A stretch of 64,000 bases of DNA from Bispira polyomma (taxonomy: Eukaryota), in NCBI GenBank assembly GCA_965649765.1, contig OZ287749.1, positions 41,788,001 to 41,852,000 of the forward strand, read 5' to 3'. Shown piece after piece: positions 13,596-27,800 of this stretch (positions within the stretch are counted from its first letter, which is position 1; each line of letters begins with the position of its first letter). The notes beneath the pieces were generated by a model. It was not told where the DNA came from, did no database searches, and worked only from the letters and a program-made list of their open reading frames with translations. Made by a program: the position numbers and the translations under genes.

Positions 13596-15786
13596 GTAAG
13601 CTTTCTTATGTCATTTAATGTATAATTGGTACATTTATAATATATTAATGCCCCAAGTGTGTTTAAGAGAATTTTATGATGTTAATATTTTTGGTATGGA
13701 AACTTATGTTCATTAGTTAGACTTCTTAACTTTTAAAATGTTATATTTTTCAGTAACCCTCTCAAACCTATTAAAAATAAAATTAGCTGTCCAAAAATAT
13801 CACGTCTAAGTTTTAATTGATGTTTGTATTGCAATAAAAAGCATTCTTGGTGATGTCTATTGATCCATTTGGTTGTGATATTCATAACACAAGGCAAGTG
13901 GAACTTCCCCAAACATGTGTATAGATAAGAACCCAGCATGTAATGATATGTGTTCAATTATTTGTATCATTTCCTTTTTGTTATAAGTTATTAGTATATA
14001 TAGTGTTATACATTTACAGACCAAACAAAACCCATGTAAAATATCTGTGTCAGTAGGCAAAAAGTCTGTTTGTATGATGATTAGAAGTCTGTTACTAGGA
14101 ATGAGTCACCTTCCCCTCTCTCAAGTATGAGGGGGAAATCTCCTACTGTACACGATATACACTTATTATACCACTATAATATATACACAATCCACCTGGA
14201 AATGCCTTGGTGAACCACTTTCTATAATACACACCACCACCGCCACTAACCACCAAAGTGGGTGTGTCATCTACAGCTAATAGGTCTCTTTGTGTTACTT
14301 ATGGTTGCCATACTACTCCGTCAGAGTTTACTATTGACACCTCTCGTGTCTTGGATATGAGTATAGGCTAGTGTCCGAGTGAGCGTTCAGTTATCAAGGT
14401 TTTGTTAAGAGAGAATGAGTAACTATACTGAAAAAAAAAAATCGATTTTTAAAAGGATGACACTAAAATGGATTATTACTAGCTCTACTGCAGTGCGCCA
14501 AAATTTTAGAAACAATAAAAAATATATTGTCTATACATACACGATCAGATCTGAGCGGACAACATACGTGGCATTTGTAATAAAACCTTCTTAAAATAAA
14601 ACTTTCTCCAAATTTTGTCAGATCATATTGGGGGTGGGGGGGGTGGGGGGGGTGGGGGTGGGGGGGGGGGCTTTTTGTACATGTAGATCACCATACTATC
14701 ATGAAATTCATGTATTTAATACTTATGATGTAGTTTAAAAGATCCATCCAAGCTAGTCTGATAGTATCCTACACTTTTATTCGGATTGTATTACATTGGA
14801 GCCTGTTAACAGGGCCCTAGACACTGACCCTAGCCTACTGAATTTATAGCCAGTTATACATATATGTCTTCAATCTAATCCCTTTTTATAGGTTTTTTTA
14901 ATTACATGAATAAATAATTAGTATACATTGTTTGAAATAAGAGGCCAAAGTTCCACAGAGGAGTAATTGGATAACAAGTAAAACAATACTGATATTGTGT
15001 GTCGATTTTGTAATCTAATTTTGCTAAATACAGAAGTTAAATTTACAACAACTCTTTATGAATCAGTTCAAATCAATACATATATGTGTGGAGTGTTATA
15101 TCTTATAAATCAATCAAGTAGATATCTGTTTAACTGTGTCAATATTTGGTATAAAATGTAATTAATTCTAGCCCTTGAAATAATATATAATGGAATGTGA
15201 TACGACTATAACAGGCCCTACACTCTTTTGTGTAGCAATAATTATCATTATTACAGATGAAATATATGAAAACACCCACCAATCATATGCATGGAAAATA
15301 AACAAGTAAGGATCTCCTCCCCAATTTGAAGAGACTATGCCCTTATATATAGTTGGACTTTCAACATATTGAATATTAATCTATTGTTTTTCTGGTGGCA
15401 AGCCAACTACCTGGTATATAAATAAATGAACAGAAAAATTAAGTATGTAAGATTTGACAAAAAAAATAGACAAAAGTACAAACATTGGGTTTGGAGAGTG
15501 TACATTATTATACTTGAATGTAACACCTATAAACTCAATCACCTGTATTAACAAGAAATCAATGTTATACCTCTTTACTGCTGTCCATATTTTTTTAGTC
15601 TAGAATACCTTGTATTCTAGCTGTTTATAGCCTACTGTTCTTACATTTTAACCTCTGTTTTAATGAGGCATATTATTAATTGTATTCAGCTATCTTTAAC
15701 AATTAGGGATAGTACTGTTGTCAATCTATCTGTATAGGTTATATAGAGCGAGTAAGCATGGTAAAAAATGAGATATCCACATTGGT

Positions 15787-15824
<38 letters not shown>

Positions 15825-18800
15825 CATGTCAATATGTTGTATAAACCAGGGGCAGTATTCACACACAAAGAGGCTAAGTCTAGACATTGTCCTAAATCTA
15901 ACACAAAAGTAAACTAGATATAAGACAAAGTTTGGTTAGCTCTTTAGTGGATACACCACCCCTGGTTATTAGGAGCTGTATGATTTCAGACGATCTGCAT
16001 GGCTTTTTATTATTTGTGCTCTTCACAAGATTTCCAGACATTTAGCAGTCAATAATAATGGATATTTCAGGTTCTTTGAACTACAGCCTTATTTAGTGTT
16101 TTTTTTCAAGAACTATCATACCCTGCTTTATTTCCCTTTCTTTGTTGGGAGAATATACTTATTAGTGGTGCTTACTTCCAATGTTTATTGTAGATAATTG
16201 TTGAATTTTTTTATTGTTATAATGTAATCCGGTTGCAAAAGGTATGCCCTTAACGACTTAACGAAACTTGTGTAGGGTCATTGGAGAGGGCCAATGTGAA
16301 TCAGTGGTTATAAGCATCTGCTTAATGGTTCTGTCTCACTCAGACGTGCGTCTGTGACCCTTCGTAGTGGGAGTTTATGCCACGGATCTAGTGTTATTTG
16401 ACAAACTTATCGCCCATCTCCCCCTTTATCACCCAATAATACATCACTAAACGCAACAAAAGTTCAGTAATGGCTACTAATTATAAGTAATGCGAAACGA
16501 TCAACGATCCAACACAACCTGCTACTGATGAGAAATGCTTCAAAACTGAAGACGTTTAACCCCCCCCCCCCCCTTCTCCCCACAAAACCCCCCACCAGCT
16601 GTCTCTCACTAACATTTCAAAACTTTTGGGACGGTGCTACTAAAGGTCACAGATATAAACAAAGACTTCCGAAGCGTTCCTTATGTAGACAAACTTGAAA
16701 CAACGTTGAAACTACTGTCACTGATCGCTACGAATATGTCCGTGCTGCATTCGTGATGGGCATTCGTGTAAATGAGACCTAGGTATCAGTACAGAAAACC
16801 TCTCAACCCTAAGGACAGTCGGATCAAATCCCACTGCTTCCTTCATATGGAAAATATTGTTAAGTACTTGCTATAGGTCGGTGGTTTGCAGTACAATTAG
16901 TACTGGTTTCCTCCGCCAAAAAAATATGACAATCGCAATATGACCAAAGATGTTGTATAATACCTATTTCACATCCCCATGGAATATGCTGCTCTGTCTG
17001 TCCACTAAGTTAATATGCATTACCCACTCCATGTACTGAGAAGACTATAATTACATGGATAGTCTTATTTTATCAGGCTCAGCCTGATAATGTTTTTATT
17101 CTGACAATGCCGTCGCCATCTTAGAAAATATATGCAAGGCCTTCATGGATTGGTTGGAAACAATCGATCCAGCCAAACTGAGGGGTTTCAGATGTATTGT
17201 TATCAGGTGTGGCCTGGGGCCTGAGTATATAGGTTGATATCAACGTTAGTGTATTTCACACTGTGTGCCTGTGTCTTTTTTAAAAGACAATCCTTGTTTT
17301 TTATATGACTACTATGTTTGGCTAGCCTACTGAATAAGGAAGACATTTTGTGGACAAATAAAGTTATGCTGTCCTTCATTGGGCCTCATTCAACATTAAT
17401 GACATCAGACTAACAAATTAGTTTGATCTATATCCCTAGTATGATTAATATAAGCATACATTACTAAAGTACACAGAGGAAGGGGTTTTGAATCATTTGC
17501 TTAAGTCTATAGCTTTGTGGTTTATATTGACGTCACAGCTGGTTGGTATGACGTCAATCCTTTATTATACCAAACATCAACATTATACATTATATGCTTT
17601 TCAAAGTAAAATCTATTTTCCTTTCCACCTACACTATCTGTCCTCAAGCACTGTTTTATATACTAGAGATGTATCTGATATCAATAAGTAGTCTCTCTTA
17701 AAGGCTCATTTTTGTTAACATTCTTCCCTTAATTTAACATTTGATAAGCATAACTATATACAATGATCTTCCTATATATAAGTGTTTAGCTGCTCTGTAA
17801 AAGGTAGTAGGAATAAAAGAAGGGCCCCCTATGTTCTCCAAGGGGATGGTTCCACATTCAAGTACGATCAGCAAAATAGGCCCGTTTTTGAGATCGGGGC
17901 GGTCATGGCGAAAAAATCAATAATGTAATATTTTGGGTGGGAAAATGAAAGTAACCCAGGTTAGGATCGAACTTATTAGCGATAGGATCTGACATATCAC
18001 CCTAGGATCTACCGTATCAGCGATAGGATTGACCGTATCGGCAATAGGATCTGAATGATCTATACGGCATGTCACTCATGATAGTACTTGTAATAATCAA
18101 GGTCGGGATTGCTATGGCAAAATAACTGAAAAAAAAAGTTTTTATATTCTTCCACACCATCCCGTTCACCCTGTTCGCCTCGTTTTCCCCCCCCCGACCT
18201 ATACGTTTTAACACGTCAGTCTTAGGACAGGTTTAGAGTGAGATAAGACACACAGACAGAAAGTATTGACAAAAAGGTCAAACTTATCAATCCGATTTTG
18301 AGGTCCGGGGAGGTAAGTCAGGGTACTTTTAGAAAACATCGAACATGTTGAATATCCTTCCCGACAACCGCGACCACCCCATTTTTGCCCCCGGACCTCA
18401 AAATTAGCAAGGTCATGGATCAAACAGCATAGTGGAACCACCATGTTAAACATACATTGAGATACAGTTTTTAGTATTAAGGATACACTAGAGCCTTCTG
18501 TAAGGCTAATCAATATGTTAACTGTATTTAGTTATCATTATGGTATTCCAGACAAACTGGGTGTTTCTTGTGTTTACTGTAATTATGTTACCATAAGAAG
18601 TATGAAGTATAACTAATAAGACTATGTTATCTTATGTGGGATTCCAGGATATACCATGTGTCTTAAATATCAGACACTAAACAGGTGGGGGTGCTGCTTT
18701 AAAGGAAGGTGGCAATGATTAACTAAAAATTTGTTCTGCATTTTGATACAGGGTAAATGTAAATGCGTAGGTTATGAGAGTTTTTGCACAGAGCCACACA

Positions 18801-21800
18801 TGTAAACCAAACAAATCCCACAATTCATGGCTAATGCTATGGTTGTCAAACTAAAGAACCGTGTACTGAACTACCTGGAAATTAGTAGAAATTCAGTTTA
18901 TTTGTCATAATCACTTTCACTAATTATTAGTCACTAAGGATAGACTTTTCTCATGAACACTTTCTTCAAACCTTTAATCTATCATCATTTATGATGTCTA
19001 AGCTGACTTTACAAGTCACACCCCACCCTGGGGTTTTTTCACTTGTCAACAAAATTGTTCACTCTCAGCATATTAGGCATGCTACCACAAACACCCATTA
19101 GCTGCCAGGTACCCAGTTTTTTTACATTTTACAATATCATGCATGCAAAGTTACCCAGACTTTTTGGTTCACCGTCTTCCCTTTTGTCATCCAGACATAC
19201 AATACTTGGGAGTTGTATGGCAAATTGACAGTAAGAGAAGCCTATAGCCAAATTCAGTTATATTTATGAAAGTCCAAACTTTATTGACTATTCAGTCATG
19301 CACTATTCAGCTATTCACAAACATATAATTAAAAAAGTAACTATATCTGTAAAAAAGGATCATAATGCTTAATCATGTTATGTAACATAGATAAAAGGTA
19401 GATCTACAGTGTTTTAAGAAGAAAAAACACACACACTGGCATATCCAGGCATGGAATTATAACCCATGCCATAGTGCTGATATGTCCACTTACATTACTG
19501 TCGAATAAAAATAGAATAACTATTGAGACATTTCAACATCCAGTGAGTGTAATTCGAAACCCATGACCTTTACACAAGAAGTACTAATTATATTCAAGTA
19601 TAGTAACATGGTTAGTGTTAATTTTTACAGTTTATGGTTGGATACATTGTCTATGGTTATGCAATTTGATACCTAAATGTGGGTAGATGATGTTTTGAAC
19701 TGGTTGGCTTGATAAGGTCGGAGTTATCTAACTAAAATAAGGCAAGCTTGATGTAGCTTTCGTTGGTGTGTTGCAGGACACTATATAATAATTATAATAA
19801 ATATCATTTTATATAGCGCAGTTATGAATATCACTGTTATCTAATGCGCTTTGATATTATTACCCCAGCCTGATTCTTCCACTTGTCAACCAATTGTTCA
19901 ATCTCTACTCTCTTAGGAAGCATACTGGCTGTGCTGCCACATTCGGATCATCAAAGACTAACACCCATTAGCGGTCAGGTACCCATTTATCCACCTGGAC
20001 AGAGAGGGATAACTTTGTGTATAGTACCATGTCCAACGGTTTATCACCAGACCAGCGAGGAGGAGTTAATCTAGAGCCTCAGATCTTTCAGATCCAAAGT
20101 CCATTACTCTAAGCCTACGCTTCCTTTCAGCATGTTTTTATCGGCCAACGTCGGCCGATGTCGGCCGATTTTTTCCCCTGTTATACAATACTACCAAGTG
20201 CTTCCTTTCAGCAGATTTGCATCAGATCCGATCAGACGTCGGCCGACGTCAGTTGGGCCATCAGATTTTATCTGTCAGGGAGCGAAAAAATCGGGAGGAC
20301 TGACCGATTTTGACGCAAAAATGTTTACAAATACACTGTCTTAAGTATATTTTTCATCTGATATATACCCAATATTCGTCGTATATTGACTTGGAAAATG
20401 GCATGAGAAAGCTTATTTTACTGTGATTACTGTGCTTCTTTTTTCACCAAAATTCGTTGAGAAACGGCTTAGATATTTAACTTTAAATAGGGGTACCCCA
20501 TTTACCCTTACTCTTCTACTGTGAATTATACGTCACAGGAACGTCATCATGACGCCACTTTTGCAGCTACGTCACAACGCACACATACAGAAGTAAAAAT
20601 GGGTACTAATGTATAAACTTAAATTTCTGAGCCGTTTTTCAACGAATTTTGATGAAAAAAGAGACACAGTAATCACAATAAAATAAGCTTTCTCATGCCA
20701 TTTTCAAAGTCAACATCCGACGAATATTGAGTGTACATCTGATGAAAGGAAGCACAACATCGGCTGACGTCGGATCGGATCGGACACCTTTAAATCGGCC
20801 AACGTCGGAATGTGCTGAAAGGAAGCGTAGGCTAACTGCCAGGTGACAGAGACATATATAGGAGCTATCTGACAATTGTGTGCACATAAAGTAGACTCTC
20901 TGTGCAACTAAAACTAGTATAAGTTGAATTCATTAGTGAGCGTTTCCATGCAGGCAACTTTCTGGGGCGACCAGCCGACGTATAACAGGCAATTTTCAAT
21001 TTTTATGTTTCTATACAATTACTTGAGAAAAATAGATACCTGTATTTAAACCTGAATATCTTAGCCATTTCTAAACCGATTTTGATGCAAAAAAAGCACA
21101 ATATACACGATAAAATAAGCTTCCTCACCATATTTTTATGAAATTTATACCTTCAGTAATTTTTGAGCTATTACAAAAAAATCGGCAATGTTTACAAGGC
21201 GACGGCAATGCCAGGCGATTTCTTTCGCTCCTACTAGCGAAAAAATCGCCTGGCATTGCCTGTCGCCTATCAGCGTTGTTCACATGGAAACACTTGGTTT
21301 TAAATCAATGAAACTGATAGAATCGCCGTCGGCCGTCGCCTGATCGCCTCAGAAAGTTGCCCGCATGGAAACGTTCACTTATAACTAGAACCAATTTCCT
21401 GGCCCCAACATTTAAAATGTTAGCTATCAATTCGGTCTAAGTAGCAGTTAGCCATAACTACAATCAATTAGCAGTTTGAATACCAAATAAAGCTAGATAC
21501 ATTTGAATAGAAGTTAACTATTAGTAGAACGACCAAATCACTTGTATATTGGTCTTCTGTATATCTTAAATATCTCAGGTGTTAAAAACTGTGTTGATTG
21601 TGGTGTTATAACATCAGTGTCATGTTAGTGTGCATTACAGTGAACATAATAGCATCCTTGAACTGAGGTGAACTAGTAGGTCTTAGATACCAATACATGT
21701 ATACACAGTGTATGTTGGAAGTTAAAGAAAAGGTTCTCTGTGTTCACAGTCTAGACAAGCACATACCTTTTTATAACACTTGCAAGTGTCTCTCTGATAA

Positions 21801-24800
21801 AGTCAGACTTTTTGTTATTACATAAACACATCCTGATCTTACATATGTGTGACCACCTGTGTATTTGTTAAAACTACTAATGTCGTTATTATATAAACTT
21901 TTAGGCTCCCACTATAGCGAGTTAGAAAAACGATGCTTGTGCATAGATGGAGATGAGTCGGTCGCAGAAACATCCCCCAATGTAAGCGGTGTAAAAATTT
22001 GAACCCACAGTGATTTCCATCTGAAATCCTGGGTCAGTGCAGACCTCCATGGGAAAATTTGCGGAAATGTAGAATAAACTTAAATTTCCGCAATGAACTT
22101 TGCACAGCAAGGGCATTGCTATACTTTCCTCCATACGTGATCTAAAAAGCCGCAATTAGAAACATGATTTGATTGGCGATGAACGCACATGTTCACTTTG
22201 GCAGAAAAGTGCTGAGTAAGCAGTGAAAATCGCAAGGCCGACGTGAAAGTGGAAGCTGCCCTTAAAAAAGTAAATATGAGATTTTGTGTTGAATGTCACC
22301 CAAAATCGAACTACTTCATGTATACTGCTAATGGGTTTGTAATGAATCTGCAGTCACATGATAACTTCAAAAGACGTCATAATTTATCCTCAACAAAGAC
22401 AGAATATTTTGAAAACCTATTTTATATTAATATCATACAACACTGTGTCTTGACCAACATCACCTGGTTTGATGTATGATACTCTAAATAGCAATAGTCA
22501 TGTTGAAGTCTCTCAGACTAGGTCTACCCATCAGAACGGTGGTTAGCCCTAAATTACCAATTGTACATTCTTGGTACATTCTTAGACACACTTGGTTAAA
22601 ACTGTATCACAGATCTTAGAATAACTTTAAGTATTCCTGAGGTTAGATCTGATTTAGCAATTCACTTGACAATCCCATACCTTTGATTCCTCCACGAATG
22701 CCCACAGATTGGCAAACTTGCAAGTCGTGGCTCAAGTCTTACTGATACTTAGTACTTCCTTGTATGTGGGACGAGGGGCTAAAAGTGATTGATGTCAATA
22801 GATCATCATAATAACATGATTCTTACACTGTTGTGCTTTGCTTTATCCATGTGACCAATGAGTCAAAACGACTTCAGATTTTAGAAACTACATGTGGTTG
22901 AAATCAGATACTACACTCTAGATCTAGAAAATATTCTTTTTAAAATTGTTTCATTTTCATTCTACTAAATTTAGAGAAAACTGATATATGTGATATGATC
23001 CTGCACAGGAATATTCAGAATAGTGGAAGCCCAAGGAGGAGGTATGATTCATTTATGTCCTTGACACTGGTTCGATGTTTTTCTATTTTATGTGCTAATA
23101 CATGAACTATAGCATCCACATGGCTGTATATTAATACACTCTAATTTTACACATCATTTCTGAGGCAGCTCATATGTGTTTTTTTCTGTCTGGGAAACCC
23201 ATTTCCTGTTCTGAAATATTGCTTTTGTTGTTTAAACTTTCTGAAGTGGGTCGTAGTAGGCTGGTAGTTTATAATTGTTATGTAATTATGTCTAGGTCTC
23301 ACATAGAAGAGGGTGCTGTGAGTATGATGGGGAATGTTGGAGCATGGTGGAGGATTTAGATTCTGCATCATTCTCCATAAAAATAACGGTTTTGTTTTTA
23401 TGTCGGTGACTATCCAATACCAATACATTACCATCTTTGAGTACCAAAAGTACGCTTCAATGAATGACGAATTTGTTACGGAGCGATAGGCAATAGATGG
23501 AGATTAGGGAAGAATGGTGAAGAACCGTAAGGGATTGACTACCAACAGAATTTGACATTGCAATCAAGATTCATCAACGTGGGACCTAAGCATTAGAGCA
23601 TTTATTTCACTATCAGTTGCCTTCACTTCTGATGACAGTTGGTCTCTTAATCTATCAGGGCAAGAAGTGGGTCGTCTTATTTTTAGACTGTACATACACA
23701 CAACAAATCATGTACGTGCTATTGCCATGTTTTCTTTCCAATCCATAATTTTGTAATTGCAGAAGAACAAGCTAGATTTATTAAGTACCAGATGAGTGAA
23801 TAATAGAGTAATTGTCAACGAAGTTTGTAGAAACGACCAATAGTGTGTAAGTTCACGTTTTCTCTAGGACTTGATTTTAACTATTTTAACCTAATAAGTT
23901 TGTGGGGCAGTGAATCTTACTTCCTACTAGTGAAAGGTTAACTTCTGTATTAACCTTTTGACCAAATCTGGCCATTTGTGACAATTAATCCTAGTCAATT
24001 TCTTCAAGATTGAAAAATAGTAAAATTTTCTTGCAGCTAAAGTTTTAACTTATACAGTATTATTCCTGGGTTGTTGTTATGCCACAAGAAATGTAAACAC
24101 ATAAAACATATTAAGAATATGATCTGCATCTGTTAAACAAACATTAGGGAAGTGTATGAATCATTTAGAACTAATAGCCACACCAGCCCATTATTACTGA
24201 TTAACATAAGTAAACAATCACTCCTGTAATGTGATATCTAATTGAACAAGTGTCCAACACAACTAAATATGTTTGACATGACGGCCAATGCTGATCAATA
24301 ACACAAACTAGAGGCGTATGGTAAAGTAAAATCAATATACACCTATATTACAGTTCCAGTTCATTAGAAGACATAGCTCTATTGATCGCCTCTAATATTT
24401 ACTGTTTTTAAAAAGGTTAGTTTAATTTGTATAACTATTCTTAGGGCTTGTTACTACACACAGTTGGTCACACTTTAGCCTTAATGAACACACAACAAGG
24501 TTAAACTAGACCCACATTCAAGTACGACTGAGGAGCCTTTACCAAATAACGGGGTTTCCCTTTGTTCCCAATAACGAAACTTTGTCTATGCTATTTTTAT
24601 ATACTAGAGTATACACCGCCGCTAAATCACAGGGACGGTAACCGCGAGACTTGCGTTTTACCACTTGCACTGCTTTGACTGTTTTACAATGCACCAAAAA
24701 CTAATGGAATGATTGAAGGTAAATACGTTTGGCTGATGACATTTTTGTTGACATTGTTGTAAATATATTACCACGTCAAAATAGAATTTAGACAGACAAG

Positions 24801-27800
24801 TGAATTAGAATTAAGCTTATTAGTATTTGTTATTACTATCATTTGTTAATGTTATTATTGTTATCAGAGGCCATTTAAGTCTTTTAAACTTGCCATACAC
24901 ATATGTCAGAAACTATAGGGCCATAGCTATTGCAAAATGACTTATTATCTATTGTTATATTTGTGTTGGCTGACCATTATTTGATGTAATGAACATAGTT
25001 TATATGAGACGCAGGTACAATACACAAGGCTTTGCTAAGATAAAACAGTAAAAGACTCCAATTGAAGATAAATTGAAATTTGTTAATACAACTACAATTA
25101 TTACAATAATACTAACTAACATAACTGTGCTAAAACCTAGCGAACAAACATAAAATCAGAGTCCAGGTTGATCTAAATAGACGGTTATCTTGTTTCATCA
25201 GAAAATGTGGCAACTACTTCTGAAACCAAGACATCACTGTATGATAACTTGCTTTCACAGTATGGCTGCATTATATGTTATCTCAGTGACTGTGGGTTAT
25301 AGGTCTTTGGAGTGGTGTACACAGTTAACTACTCCTTTTGCGTCTCAGAAGCACATTTTTTTTCACAAAGAAGCACTCAAATTAAAATATTTTTTTTGAT
25401 GAATTTATGAGATATTTTGGAGTAAATAAAAACTGTTGATGTGTTTGGATAAATCAGAAAGCGAGGTCAGTTGTTTTCAATTAATTTGACATGCATGTGT
25501 ATTAGAGTAGTTTGACACACACACAATAAACTATTATCGTTTTACTTACTGTCACAAAATAGGATCACCCTATAAATATCAACATTTCTTTAAGTAAAAT
25601 ATGTATAAATATCTTTATGTGTAATTGTTGTATCAACTATCGTTTCCGTATAGTTTGGATATTTTGTTTTAAAAATATGTAGATATAAAACTTTGTTATT
25701 TAAAACATATTTTAGTTTTTCTTGTTTTATGTAATAGTATTGGATTTCTCCTGCTTTGTGGTTATTCAGCAACATAATCTGTCCCCTTTTTTTTCTAGAA
25801 ATAAAACCTGGCAAATTTTGTCTTTATAAAGAAGCACTTCCTTAACTGAGTAATACAGAGATTTGGGCCCAAGACAATTACAGTTGATTTAACCATGTAA
25901 ACACATATGTACATACAGGTCTGCATAGATTCAGGAGTTGTTTCTCAACTTTTGGATAATTTCCACTGTATTACATGATATTACAAAAGACCACAATCAC
26001 GATAATCAGTGCTGTGACCCTATAGACCTATAGACTTAAGGGGCGAATATACTTGACCGATTTTGTGTCCAAATCCATCATTAGACGTCGGTTTCCGTCA
26101 TCCGGATGCAGATACACTACATCTGAAAAACGTCACCAACCTCACAAAATCAATAAAATTTACTTCATATTCTCATTAGTCATCTGAAAAAAATTTGGTC
26201 TTTGACGGATCTTAAAAATTCGGCTTCCGAACAAGAGGTGCTGTCGGCCAAGTGTATTCTACAATTTTATTATATTTGAATTTTTTCGGATTACGGAAAC
26301 TGACATTGGATAACGGATTCAGACGCAAAATTGGGGAGGTATATTTGCCCCTTAGCAGGTATATTCGCCCCTTAGCAGGTATATTTGCCCCTTAGCAGGT
26401 ATATTCGCCCCTTACCGCTCCACCAGTTTCCTGTATAATAATGAAGTTAATAATTACCATTATGTCAAATGTAATCATAAACATGACAGGAGTACCCCGT
26501 AGACTACATACCTCCGCAAAGGGATCACCGTGCCCCCAAAAATTATAATACTAAAAATCCATGTATATGATCCACTAAAATTGATTTTTTTTCCTTGAAC
26601 CCTTAATGGTTTCGTTATTTACCTGTGCCCTGTCCCTTTATAAAGTTTGCTTAATGATTTATTTTTTTACCTATGCTGTGTCCCTTTATAAAGTTTGCTT
26701 AACGATTTATTTTTTTACCTATACCTTGTCCTTTTACAAAGTTTGGTTAATATCGGTTCTGAGGTTTTGTGTACTCTTAACTAACTGACTAACTAACTAA
26801 ACAGACAAACAAGGGGCTAAAAACTGACTCAAAACTGACTTGCGTTTGCATTCAATTACAATCAGGGTGATAATTAATTATGTGCATTTACTGACAGGTT
26901 ATGTGGGGACTAGGTAAACACTTCTTTTTAATCGATGTGTTAACATGAGGGGAATTGAATGTAAAATCGTAGATAACCCAATAGCTTTCATACAAGGAGA
27001 GGTGTGTGTGGAGGGGGGGGGGGGGGAAGAAATGTCATTTCGCAAATCTGACGTCTGATATCGGAGGTCGCTTACATGAGTACATAAACTTACTCCTTGC
27101 TTTGGAGTAAACAACCTTTAACTTGTTGTCATACAAATTATCTACTTGTTGGCGAATCAGTATTCTGAAATTCAGTTGCCTGTCAAATGTCTTTTTTTCA
27201 CATTTTACACTGAATACTGTGCTTAACTTACTTTTGATTTTATTGACCTTATAGTGTAAAGTGAAGACAAGTAACAATTCGTTTGGTCTGGTGTTTTTCA
27301 CATTTTACATTAGATACTTTGCTTAACTTACTTTTTGACTTTAATGCCCTTGTAGTGTAAATTGAAAACAAGTCACAAATCGTCTGGTCTAGTGTTAAAG
27401 TAATTCTACAAATGTTGATAATTACAAGTTATGAAACCATTCAGTCTTCATCAAAAGTGGCTCAAAATATCTGGTCAGAAACTAAAACAAAGGCTCTGGT
27501 TGGTTGATAATGTAAGAGCAATATTGTTGCTACTGGCTGTTTAATCACACTATGTCAGACAATACATTGTCCCAATGTGACGTCACAAGACGATAGCATT
27601 GCAATGTGTCCATAAAGTAGTAATACTGCACATAACCGAATTAAGTCGAGGCCTTGGTGATGTAGTGGTAACACACACGCCCCACCTCTGGCAGTTGTAG
27701 ATTCGAATCTCGGCCTGGTGTGTATGTTGGAAGTAGGAAACCTCGACCAGTTACCTCGCTCTGATTCCGTCACCAGTGAATTGCCTCTGGTGACATGGCG

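Noticed and set aside
15257-15305. Possible cassette exon (ttacAG|ATG...CAA|gtaag)
   Set aside because: 49 nt with an in-frame TAA in phase 0 and a weak pyrimidine tract. It cannot be told from chance without RNA data.
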